Positions 46,919-56,331 of a stretch of 64,000 nucleotides of DNA are shown one piece after another. Below the pieces are notes generated by a model. It was given only the letters and a program-made list of their open reading frames with translations. It searched no databases and was not told the origin of the DNA. The stretch lies in the IMG/VR virus record IMGVR_UViG_3300030329_004481, one strand, 5' to 3'. The stretch's first letter is position 1, and each line of letters begins with the position of its first letter. This DNA is from a virus. The translations under genes were made by a program, and so were the position numbers.

Positions 46919-48784
46919 TTAGTAAGCTGAATTTACAGTTGTTGTAGATACTGCAGTGGCAGTATTAGAAACTGATGTCACCCCACGTCTTTCTAGTGCA
47001 TTTACATCAGTTGCAGTTACGTTTAAGTCTTCACTTTCAATTTTAAAAATTTGTTGCTTTACTGGTGCAACATCACTTTCTTCTGGTTCAAAATATAAAC
47101 TAATACTATTATTAATTAATGCAGAAGGTTGAAATGCAGTCAACGTCAATACACCTGATGAATAATTTACTGTCCCAACATTTGAATTAACAATATATTT
47201 TGTTGTAGATTGCATTCTATAAACTCTAATAGTTCCATTGTTATCTTCAAGTTTACATCCAGAATATACTGTTCCTGTAGAACTTGCAAAAGAAAAAGAA
47301 GAACTAGTTACTGCTCCCTCATATCCATCAAATGGGTGATTGATTCTATTGTTAAATCTGAATGTGTAATTAATTGCATTTGTTAATTGTGGAGTAAACT
47401 CTGTATACAATTTAACAGACAATAAACTATTTGTGATTGAACTATGCGTATTATCAATTAACCTTAATAATTTTGAATATTTAAAATTACTGTCAAATGT
47501 TCCCAATTCTTGTTGACCATAACTTAAAATTTTAGATCTAACCATTTTTATTAAATCAGCTGATTTTAGATTTGTTTGTGCAGAATCAAATTTTATTTTA
47601 CTTACCAAAGCAATTTTATAAATGATTGGGTCAACAACTTCAGGAGTAATTGATAAAATTTTTCTTTCTGACAGTAAAGATACAACAGTATTTTTTTGTG
47701 CAGTTGTTAAATAATCTGCACTTTTTGGTTTTATACAAAGGTAAACTCTACCATAAACAGGTGAAGGTTCTGTTTCACCTCCCCATGTCTGAATACTATC
47801 TGCTTCAGGAAAATTAGCATAAACTAAAGCTTTATAATCTTCAGCGGTGACTGCTCTTTTTTGTGCTGAAAATACCTTTGGTGCATTAAATTTAATAGAA
47901 TCCATTGACTCCCTAGATGCACCACCAAATGATTCAGTAAGAGTTGTTATTGAAAAATTAGAATATCCCCCGACTGCATCTATTGGATTAAATGAAAATG
48001 CCCCATTGCCATCTTCACCATTTGTAATTAATGCTTTTATCTGCACAACATTTCCATCTGTTAATGCTCTACCAACATTTCCATCGCCAAATTCTATTTC
48101 ATATCTTCCATTTGAAGATTCAGAACAAAAATAAACATTAGCTAAAGCTTTTGTTTCAGTAAAATCTCCCGCCTTTTCATAAATGTATAATGAAGAATCA
48201 TTTCCTGACGGTTTTATTGTAACTTCAATTGTTGAAATGTCAACATTAGAACTTGGTATAATAAATCTTTGTTCTGGATCTGTTGAGTCTTTTGTGAACG
48301 TAAAAGTAACAGGATATCCTTCTTTGACTTGAATATTTGAAATATATGTCCCAGACAAACTTCTCAAAATTTCTGTAGAATCTGTTGTACAAAATGTCAA
48401 CGATTTTCCATTAACATTTGTCCCAAATTTTGTATACTTATCAACAATTAATGAACTTGGTGTGTCTCCTGGTGAAACTGATAATTGGAGTGTTGCTGTT
48501 GATCCTGTCATTGATCTTGGTGTGTAATTTAACAGTTTAGCTTTTGATACTACTGATGATCTAATTGATGCGGTATCCATAAACATTTCGCTAGCAAGCA
48601 TATTCATATAATAAGCATTATAATGAGTATTATATGCTAAAAGATTTAATATTTGATTTAATCCTGATGCACTAAAATCATATCCAGCAAAAGTTGATTG
48701 ATTTCCCAAAAATGATTTTAGGTTATTTTTTATCTGATCAAAATCTAAATCAGTTACATCTAGTTTATTATTTACTGTAGCCAT
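46919..48784 (-). CDS. gp6: Baseplate wedge subunit gp6
   Basis: LDFDQIKNNLK..YDFSASGL..LAYNTHYNAYY; FGDG; RAVTAEDY; WGGE..YGRVY. Confidence 0.93.
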   Translation of the reverse strand: MATVNNKLDVTDLDFDQIKNNLKSFLGNQSTFAGYDFSASGLNQILNLLAYNTHYNAYYMNMLASEMFMDTASIRSSVVSKAKLLNYTPRSMTGSTATLQLSVSPGDTPSSLIVDKYTKFGTNVNGKSLTFCTTDSTEILRSLSGTYISNIQVKEGYPVTFTFTKDSTDPEQRFIIPSSNVDISTIEVTIKPSGNDSSLYIYEKAGDFTETKALANVYFCSESSNGRYEIEFGDGNVGRALTDGNVVQIKALITNGEDGNGAFSFNPIDAVGGYSNFSITTLTESFGGASRESMDSIKFNAPKVFSAQKRAVTAEDYKALVYANFPEADSIQTWGGETEPSPVYGRVYLCIKPKSADYLTTAQKNTVVSLLSERKILSITPEVVDPIIYKIALVSKIKFDSAQTNLKSADLIKMVRSKILSYGQQELGTFDSNFKYSKLLRLIDNTHSSITNSLLSVKLYTEFTPQLTNAINYTFRFNNRINHPFDGYEGAVTSSSFSFASSTGTVYSGCKLEDNNGTIRVYRMQSTTKYIVNSNVGTVNYSSGVLTLTAFQPSALINNSISLYFEPEESDVAPVKQQIFKIESEDLNVTATDVNALERRGVTSVSNTATAVSTTTVNSAY

Positions 48785-48785
48785 A

Positions 48786-49247
48786 TTACTCTATTTCTAA
48801 AAATTCTGTTATCTGAATTACTTCGCGACTTTGTTTTTCACTAACAAAAATTGTTATACTATATCTGTTATTATCTGCGTCTGGTACAATATCAACATTT
48901 TTTAAATCTAAAAAATCACTACAATTTTCTGTTATTGAATCTTCTATAACTTTTTTCATTCCTTGTGCAGTAACCTCATTTACATGCTCAAATAGAAAAG
49001 ATTGCAAATCTGTAAAAAATTGTGGTTGAAAAGGTATCTCTCCTGGTTTTGTTTTTAACAATAATTTAACACCCTGAACTATTGTTCCCTCTGTATTTTT
49101 TATAACAACATCGGTGTTTCCTAAACCTGGGGCTGATGCAAAAGATAAAGAAAGGTCACGAAGATCATTTGTTAATCTTCTAGTGACTGCTTCTTCTTTT
49201 ACCTCTAAATCCCAATCTCTCTGTAATGATGATTCTCTATAAGCCAT
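48786..49247 (-). CDS. gp25: Baseplate wedge subunit gp25 (GPW/gp25 family)
   Basis: LLKTKPGEIPFQPQF..LFE motif; directly upstream of gp6. Confidence 0.8.
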   Translation of the reverse strand: MAYRESSLQRDWDLEVKEEAVTRRLTNDLRDLSLSFASAPGLGNTDVVIKNTEGTIVQGVKLLLKTKPGEIPFQPQFFTDLQSFLFEHVNEVTAQGMKKVIEDSITENCSDFLDLKNVDIVPDADNNRYSITIFVSEKQSREVIQITEFLEIE

Positions 49248-49252
49248 ACTAA

Positions 49253-49260
49253 TATTTATA
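49253..49260 (-). promoter_or_regulatory. T4 late promoter consensus TATAAATA upstream of gp25
   Basis: Exact match in a 15-nt intergenic gap, 5 nt upstream of the ATG. Confidence 0.75.
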
Positions 49261-49262
49261 CC

Positions 49263-52200
49263 TTATTCTTCCGTTTCTTTTACTCCACCTATTTTTTCTA
49301 TGATTTTCATTGTCGCCGCTCCACTCGCAGTTCCAGCTAAGAGAGTCAAAGACCAAGTATAATCGATATTGTCTGGTGGTTTATTTTTTGAATTTACTAA
49401 TTTTTTTCTAATTCTCTCCATGCCTTTACCCCCATCTGTAGAACCATCAAGTGGGACATATAGAAAATAAATACCCGCATCAACAACTCCCAATTTTAAT
49501 AAATTAACTAATTCTTCCATTTTTTTAATTAATCTATCCAATCTATCAATCACTTCTTCTTCAATAAACTTAATAATTCTATCAATAAATGCTATAATAT
49601 CTTCACCCAATGCTTGCAATTTTTCAACTTGATCAACAATATAAGTCAAAACTGTTCTCAATTGAGGAATAAAATCTTCTAATGTATAATGGTTCCAATG
49701 TGGATATACACCTTTTTGTATTTTTGGATCAGTTGATGTTCCATCAGGACCATCTTGATTATCTTCAACAGCTCCCACGGTACAGTATCTTGGTGCGGGC
49801 AAAGAATCACCACTTTCACCTTTCCATGTTTCCAAATACATATAACCATCCAATTGATCTCGAAAAAATGCAACCATTTTTGGGTCCATTCCTGTTAAAT
49901 CCATTTTAACTCTTTGACTGAGCAATTTAACCGCCTTATCACTTTCTTCATCTGTCAAATCATCCATGTCTTCAATATTAATAGATGGAATATTATTTGT
50001 TGATACTCTATCTGGATTTGTTATTACTAACTCCTTCAACACTCTTTCCCAATGATCATTTCCTTTCATATCAGGACTAGTTCCAATAAAATTAAAATCA
50101 TTAATTGTTAATTGACTATTAGGTGTTAAATTGTTTGTTATTTTTTCTAATTTTCCAGAAGCATACTTTTCAACTTCAACACCTTCTGACTCCAACATAT
50201 CATAAAGTGACTTATAATTTGCTAATTTTTTTCTAGCTTCTTTTTGTATTTGTTCTAAAATTGCTTGTTCTTCTTTCCATTGTGCTTCAAGAAGTTGTAG
50301 AGCAGTGAGAAATTGATTTCCTGGATTTTCAACTAATACTTGCAATCTAACAATGTTATCTTCAATTTGAATCAACTCATCTCTTAAATTACCAGACCCT
50401 TCAATTTTATCTACTTCACTTTTTATTTGTATTTGTGTAGTATTTACTTTTCCTCTTTGTAATAATATTATTCGGTCCAATTCTGCTAATGCTTGTGTTT
50501 GTCCTTGATTTAAATCAGGTTTTAAACCATTTGCTGTTTCTTTCGCAGTTTCATAAAGTTGTGTAATTTCATCTAAATGACTTTGTTGTGCATTTTTTTC
50601 ATTAATTAAGTTTTGTAAACTTGTATCTTCTGCATAAATATCCTCAATATTATTATTTGTAAATTCTGTAGCGTTTTGCTCAGCTACCTCAGGAGATTGA
50701 TTTTCTCCAACAGAATAATATGTGTAATGCTCTTTAAAATATGTGTCTCTAATACTTCTCTTTGTAAGAGTAATTTCTTCTGTTAAGTCACGTATACTTT
50801 GTGTCACATCATCAATTTCTGATTTTATATTGTCTTCAGATTCATATCCATAGAATGTTAAAACGTCTGTTTGTGCAGATTGTACTCTTGATCTTTTATC
50901 AAAATTTAATTCTTCTAAAACAGCTGTTTGTTCAATTAAGGTTGTCTTTAAAACATTAATTCTATCAGTTATATCATCAATTTCTTTTTGTTTGTTTAAT
51001 TTATCAGTTTCAGCACCTCTCAATTCAAATTTTGCATCCTCAACTTCATTTGTTACATTAGTTATAATTGATTTTGAAGCATTTTGATATTTGTTAAATG
51101 CTTCTTTAACATTACTATCTTGTTCTCTTTGTTCTTTACTAAAAACTGTCGATTGACTAATATCAATTTCACCAGTAGCATAAACATGATGTGGTGATGG
51201 TGTTATTCCATATGTTTTTTGTAACTGTTCTCTGGCCTCTAATGGAGAAATTTCAGTAATGTACTTTGTTTTTTCAAAATGCATACTTTCAGGATTTGCC
51301 AATTCTGCTTCATAATGTCTAAAAAGTTTTAATTGTTCAATTTGTGCAGCATTGTCATTAGCCATATTTCTATCAGATTGTATTTCACTCAATATAGAAT
51401 TTATATCCAATTCATCACCAAAAACTTTTGTACCATTTTTTAAAACAAATTTAGGATAATGATTATTAACATCACCATCTGCGGCAGAATATTCAGTTCC
51501 ATCAGAACTAACCAAACCTTTCATATCATCTAATTCCACTTCAACCAAAGTATCACCAGGTTCAAATTTATTAAATAATCCATTGTGCAATACAACAACT
51601 TCTTGTTGCCAAGTTTTCATTTTTATTTCTGTATTTTGTTGAAAAACATTAAAAGACTGATCTGGTTCAAAAAATGAAAACATTGATGAATCTTCATTTG
51701 ATAAAACTTGTTGTGAAGCGGGATCAGTAACTATTGTTTGTCCATCTTCATTAACTTGATATTGCCTACCATCTGATAAAATTGATTCTTGTTCTTTTGC
51801 CTTTCCAACTTTTATAATTTGTGCAACATCACCATTTCTCAAGTTCATCAAAAATACTTTATCATTTTTGTGATTTCTTATATTAATGCTCCTTAACTCA
51901 CTGAATTTTTTAATATTGTCAGAATTTGTTCCAATTTTAAAAAGACCTCTATCTGCTTTTATATGTGATTTTTTGCCCGGTTTAAAAGGAACTTCGTAGT
52001 GTGCGGGATTATTTTCCCATCTATTAGGAGCACATAAATTTGTAACAACCATTGTTTGTGTTCTAAAATTTTCCAATGATTGTTGTATATCATACATTTC
52101 TTCCCAAAAATCTTTTAATGGTTTCAATGTAGAAAAATAATTATATAATTTTGCTGCTTTTTCAACTAGTTTTGTTGGATCTGATGTACCAATCAAAACA

Positions 52201-53084
52201 AACAATGCACCAACTTGTGCATCTTTAGAAAATCTAGGTACAAACGGATCTTTCATATCATCAAAGGATTGGTTCACAATGTCAATCATTTTAGACGGCG
52301 GACATATACTCATCCCTTGTGTAGCATTTACAACTTTTTTTATTGGTATTTTGTCCCACCATCTTTCATTTTGATCTGTCCCAGGTTTCTTTTTTTGTTT
52401 GATAAACATTGGTTTACCTTGACCTGATTCTGGAATTCCTGGAATTGTTCTTCTATAGAAAACATCACCATTCCAAACCAATAAATCATTTGGTCTAGAT
52501 AATATATTGTTAATTCTTTTGATATAAGGATTATTTTCATCACCAACACCCAACTTAATATATTTTGAATCTTTTCTAAATTCTGCAGCAAGATCATATA
52601 ATCTATTAATATTTTCAATAGGGTGAACATGAAATCCTACTTTATTAGTAAATGGATTTAAAAATATACCAGACCAAATTTGTTTTTCCAATTTTATTTT
52701 TGGTTCTCTTTTTTTCAAATCGTAAAGTTCTGCCATTTGATCTTGTTGACTATCAACCCACAACCAATAAATACCACTTTCCAAAAAATCATCAACCGCA
52801 TTTCTCATAGCCTCTACAAGTGGCGGTATTAACACTAAAACTGGATTTATTTGACCAATTGCTAAAGCTTTTTGTGCATGCAGTAAAGTTGTACCAGCAC
52901 TCAGTGCAGTTTTATATGCTTTAATTGCTGTTTCACTATCTTCAACAACCTTTGCAAAAGCCTCATTTGTTTTGAAACTTGCACCAATCCATGAATTTTT
53001 AATTGCTGCATCTTTAAATGCATCAGCTCTTTCTTCAGGTTTTAAATCTCTTAAATTTGATACAGACCCGCCTCTACTTGGCAT
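49263..53084 (-). CDS. Large hypothetical protein in the baseplate region, central coiled coil
   Basis: 1273 aa; E/Q/K/L-rich heptads at ~aa 650-965; related GIY(W/F)L(W/Y)V motifs near both termini. Confidence 0.6.
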   Translation of the reverse strand: MPSRGGSVSNLRDLKPEERADAFKDAAIKNSWIGASFKTNEAFAKVVEDSETAIKAYKTALSAGTTLLHAQKALAIGQINPVLVLIPPLVEAMRNAVDDFLESGIYWLWVDSQQDQMAELYDLKKREPKIKLEKQIWSGIFLNPFTNKVGFHVHPIENINRLYDLAAEFRKDSKYIKLGVGDENNPYIKRINNILSRPNDLLVWNGDVFYRRTIPGIPESGQGKPMFIKQKKKPGTDQNERWWDKIPIKKVVNATQGMSICPPSKMIDIVNQSFDDMKDPFVPRFSKDAQVGALFVLIGTSDPTKLVEKAAKLYNYFSTLKPLKDFWEEMYDIQQSLENFRTQTMVVTNLCAPNRWENNPAHYEVPFKPGKKSHIKADRGLFKIGTNSDNIKKFSELRSINIRNHKNDKVFLMNLRNGDVAQIIKVGKAKEQESILSDGRQYQVNEDGQTIVTDPASQQVLSNEDSSMFSFFEPDQSFNVFQQNTEIKMKTWQQEVVVLHNGLFNKFEPGDTLVEVELDDMKGLVSSDGTEYSAADGDVNNHYPKFVLKNGTKVFGDELDINSILSEIQSDRNMANDNAAQIEQLKLFRHYEAELANPESMHFEKTKYITEISPLEAREQLQKTYGITPSPHHVYATGEIDISQSTVFSKEQREQDSNVKEAFNKYQNASKSIITNVTNEVEDAKFELRGAETDKLNKQKEIDDITDRINVLKTTLIEQTAVLEELNFDKRSRVQSAQTDVLTFYGYESEDNIKSEIDDVTQSIRDLTEEITLTKRSIRDTYFKEHYTYYSVGENQSPEVAEQNATEFTNNNIEDIYAEDTSLQNLINEKNAQQSHLDEITQLYETAKETANGLKPDLNQGQTQALAELDRIILLQRGKVNTTQIQIKSEVDKIEGSGNLRDELIQIEDNIVRLQVLVENPGNQFLTALQLLEAQWKEEQAILEQIQKEARKKLANYKSLYDMLESEGVEVEKYASGKLEKITNNLTPNSQLTINDFNFIGTSPDMKGNDHWERVLKELVITNPDRVSTNNIPSINIEDMDDLTDEESDKAVKLLSQRVKMDLTGMDPKMVAFFRDQLDGYMYLETWKGESGDSLPAPRYCTVGAVEDNQDGPDGTSTDPKIQKGVYPHWNHYTLEDFIPQLRTVLTYIVDQVEKLQALGEDIIAFIDRIIKFIEEEVIDRLDRLIKKMEELVNLLKLGVVDAGIYFLYVPLDGSTDGGKGMERIRKKLVNSKNKPPDNIDYTWSLTLLAGTASGAATMKIIEKIGGVKETEE

Positions 53085-53232
53085 TTTTTTCCTCTTTAGC
53101 TAATTCTACTATACCTTTAAGTTCTTTTCTAAAAGTTTTAGCAATTTTCAACATTTGTTCCATATCACTTAATGATGGATGTTTTAAAGGTTCCTCAGTA
53201 CTTGACTTCCATTTATTATCATCAGCTGGCAT
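53074..53232 (-). CDS. Small hypothetical protein (52 aa) absent from the ORF track
   Basis: MPADDNKWKSSTEEPLKHPSLSDMEQMLKIAKTFRKELKGIVELAKEEKNAK*; SD GAGGA upstream; fills the gap and overlaps both neighbours. Confidence 0.65.
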   Translation of the reverse strand: MPADDNKWKSSTEEPLKHPSLSDMEQMLKIAKTFRKELKGIVELAKEEKNAK

Positions 53233-55852
53233 AAAATTTTCCTCTACCATTTAAGAGATCATAAGCATTTCTTTTGTCTCTAATTTGTTTATATTGAAAA
53301 TCCAAAGCGGATGCATCATCCATTGTATTTTGAACTAATCCTAAATCATTACCTAAACAAATATTAACTGCTTCATATATTGTTCTACCATAAGGTACTA
53401 ATGAAGTTGAAGATTTTGCTGGTAATGCTGTAACAGTAATTCCTGGTTCAGCACCATTACTAGCTTGAGTTCCACTATATGTTGGCATTCCAATTCTTGA
53501 ATTGATTTCTGTAATTCTAGCAGTAATTTGTGTGCTAGCAGTATCCAAAGTTGCTTTTAATGGTAATACGTCATCTGTATTGATAAAATCTCCACTTGGA
53601 TTATCATCAATATCATTAAAGTGTGCTTCAAGATCATCAATATCTTGTTTTGCTGCACCAATTGCATTTTCAAAATCTTGTGCCGCACTTTCCTTATCTG
53701 CATCATACTCTGCTCCATTGGAATCTTCTACAATTGGATCTCTAAAAGATTTTAATCCATTCAAAGTTACTATTTTAGATTTAACAAAATCATAATCTCC
53801 CGCAACCAAACCATTATTTGTATCACCATTTTTCATGTGCATTAAATCATTCCAAGCGTGTGTTGTTTCTGTAATTGTATAATCTCTTTCAATTGTATAA
53901 GTATCTGGGTTTTCTCCGTTGTCATTTGTTGTTTGAGTAAAAGTAAATTGATGAGTATAAATTATATCACCTAACGTATAAGTACCTGTACCAGATTTAG
54001 CATAAATTGTTTTATTAGTTGTAGTACTTTGTAAATTATTATAAGTACGACTAGCAGAAGCGGGCGTTCCCCAAGTAAAAGTCATCGTAGCTGAACTATT
54101 AACATAATATGATCCATCAAAACCAGATGGGATTTGCCCAGGAGATGTATCACTTGTAGAACTAACAGTATTTGCACTTCCAGCTACATCACGAATCGCT
54201 TGAAGTGCATCTCTTACTCTGCCTATAGATAATGTTAATACAGTTTCAGTATCATTTGCAAATTTCTTTTCAGGTTCTATACCTCTATCAGTATTACTTG
54301 TTGAATATGGTAATGATGTTGGTACTACATTAGTGTTGTGAGCGGCAGTTATTGGATCAACTAAGTAAAAAAACTTTCCTGCAGAATCAACCATATATCT
54401 GTAATCACCTATATTATCACCGCTATTATCTTTTCTATCTTCTTCATACTTAACAAATCTTCCAACAAAAATATCATTCATTCCTAATCCTGATGGTTGT
54501 AATCCCCCTTCAGAAGATGCATTTCTTGCTCCCTCAATTGCTGGTTTAAGTGGATTTCTTTCTTTATTAGGATAACTATCTGGATTTGTTGAAGATGATT
54601 GACTTGATGATTGTAATCCAGAACCACCTTTAAAAACTATAGGTGTACTACTTTCTTGTGCATTTTCTGGTAACAAATTTCCTAATGCAGTTTCAAATGT
54701 AGTTTTAGTATATAAAGTAGCTTCACCAAAAGTTTCATTAGTTGCTGAATAAACACCGTCATCATCTCCAATATGTTTCCAATTACTATTAGGAACCATA
54801 CCTTCTGTAACTATTTGTGCAATACCAAACAAAGTATGTGCTTCTCTACCTTCTATTACTTGTTTTGAAGTAATTGTTAAGTCTGTAAATGCTTCTTCAA
54901 CATTATTACTAAGTATTATATTATTATTTTCGGAATCCACCGCCACTACTGTAAGATTAGAATTCCATGAAGAACTTGACAATTCATCACCCATTGTAAT
55001 CATACTAGCGTTAGAAGAAAAAATAGTATTACCTGGTAAATTAGAAATTACATCAATCGTGGAATTAGCAGTAATTGTTAAAAATCGATAATCTGTATTA
55101 TGTCTTTTTACTCCATAAAAATTACCAACTGGTGGTGGTAAAACTGTTGTTGAATCTGATCCTTGTCCCAATGTATGTTCTAATGTCAAATATTGATCAC
55201 TTGTGCTTGTAAATTCTACCAAACCTATATTAGCAAAAACAAATAGTTCATTCCAATTTCCAGTTTCATCAGCAATACTATCACCAAAAGTAACGTTATT
55301 GCCCAATGGCATGTCAACTGAAGGATTAATAAATGGTGTGGTGTTTGCTATTATGTCAATTAATTCTCCTGTTGCTCGACTTCTAACAAAATAATAATCA
55401 CCAACAAAATTACTATAAGTATTTGATGTTCCATTAGATTCAGTAGATGTTGCTGTACTACCAGAAGTATTGCTTAAAGTAATTACATATTCATTTCCTG
55501 GATCTTTTAATAAAACACCAAAATGTGGTTTTGATCCTATACCACCATTTAATGTTGGAAAAGTAAAATTAGACGAAGCGGTATAATCTGTAGGTTCACC
55601 AAGATCATGATACATAATATTGTTTGTATTTGCTCCCAAACAATTTGCTCTAATCTTTGCTAGTTCATAAGCAACTTTAGGTAAATTTCGACCAGAACCA
55701 TAATCTGTTGATAGACTTGTTGCTAGTGTTGTCAAAGTTTCATTATACAATTGTATATTTTTAACAACATCTATTCTTGAATTGATAACATCGGTTGGTT
55801 TAGATGCCAAATCATCAACTAATTCTGCCTTTTTTTCAACTAATGATGTCAT
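53222..55852 (-). CDS. Putative virion structural protein (876 aa, Ser/Thr-rich)
   Basis: Composition and position between gp5 and gp25; helical N- and C-termini. Confidence 0.55.
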   Translation of the reverse strand: MTSLVEKKAELVDDLASKPTDVINSRIDVVKNIQLYNETLTTLATSLSTDYGSGRNLPKVAYELAKIRANCLGANTNNIMYHDLGEPTDYTASSNFTFPTLNGGIGSKPHFGVLLKDPGNEYVITLSNTSGSTATSTESNGTSNTYSNFVGDYYFVRSRATGELIDIIANTTPFINPSVDMPLGNNVTFGDSIADETGNWNELFVFANIGLVEFTSTSDQYLTLEHTLGQGSDSTTVLPPPVGNFYGVKRHNTDYRFLTITANSTIDVISNLPGNTIFSSNASMITMGDELSSSSWNSNLTVVAVDSENNNIILSNNVEEAFTDLTITSKQVIEGREAHTLFGIAQIVTEGMVPNSNWKHIGDDDGVYSATNETFGEATLYTKTTFETALGNLLPENAQESSTPIVFKGGSGLQSSSQSSSTNPDSYPNKERNPLKPAIEGARNASSEGGLQPSGLGMNDIFVGRFVKYEEDRKDNSGDNIGDYRYMVDSAGKFFYLVDPITAAHNTNVVPTSLPYSTSNTDRGIEPEKKFANDTETVLTLSIGRVRDALQAIRDVAGSANTVSSTSDTSPGQIPSGFDGSYYVNSSATMTFTWGTPASASRTYNNLQSTTTNKTIYAKSGTGTYTLGDIIYTHQFTFTQTTNDNGENPDTYTIERDYTITETTHAWNDLMHMKNGDTNNGLVAGDYDFVKSKIVTLNGLKSFRDPIVEDSNGAEYDADKESAAQDFENAIGAAKQDIDDLEAHFNDIDDNPSGDFINTDDVLPLKATLDTASTQITARITEINSRIGMPTYSGTQASNGAEPGITVTALPAKSSTSLVPYGRTIYEAVNICLGNDLGLVQNTMDDASALDFQYKQIRDKRNAYDLLNGRGKFYAS

Positions 55853-56325
55853 GCTGGTGGCCCTGTTACTACAACTGGTGGTGAACCAGGAATTATTGCC
55901 GTTATTTTAATATTAAGTGTATAAGTATTTATTGCCGTACTTAAATTCTTACCAAATGTTGCACCAGGAGTAGGATATTGTGAAAATATTTTCATCAAGT
56001 CAGATAATAATCCAGGTAGTATAGTTACGTGTGCCATATATCTTGCAGTTTTTAATGTTAAAAAACACTCATCTATTTTTTTAGCAACTTCTTGACCAAC
56101 TTGTGCTCCTGCCGCTAATCTTTTTTCAAAAATCTCTCCCAAACTTGGACCCAAACTACTCAACCCAGGCATTCCTGCAAAATTTCCACCCGCAGGGTCC
56201 ATCAATGATTGTGTATATTGTGCTATTCCATTTTGAATGATAGTTCCTGCTTGTATTCCTACAGCATTGGTTTTACTAAACCCATTCATAAATTCATTAT
56301 TCATTCCAGATAAATTAAGTGACAT
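55849..56325 (-). CDS. Hypothetical gp5-associated protein (candidate spike accessory/tip)
   Basis: 158 aa, Gly/Ala-rich with ~3 loose repeats, immediately downstream of gp5. Confidence 0.45.
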   Translation of the reverse strand: MSLNLSGMNNEFMNGFSKTNAVGIQAGTIIQNGIAQYTQSLMDPAGGNFAGMPGLSSLGPSLGEIFEKRLAAGAQVGQEVAKKIDECFLTLKTARYMAHVTILPGLLSDLMKIFSQYPTPGATFGKNLSTAINTYTLNIKITAIIPGSPPVVVTGPPA

Positions 56326-56331
56326 AATACC

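Noticed and set aside
49263-53084. Intein or tape-measure protein
   Set aside because: No Cys/Ser-initiated Hint block, HN-(C/S/T) junction or LAGLIDADG motif was seen. The coiled coil covers only about a quarter of the protein, and the position before gp25 is atypical for a tape measure.
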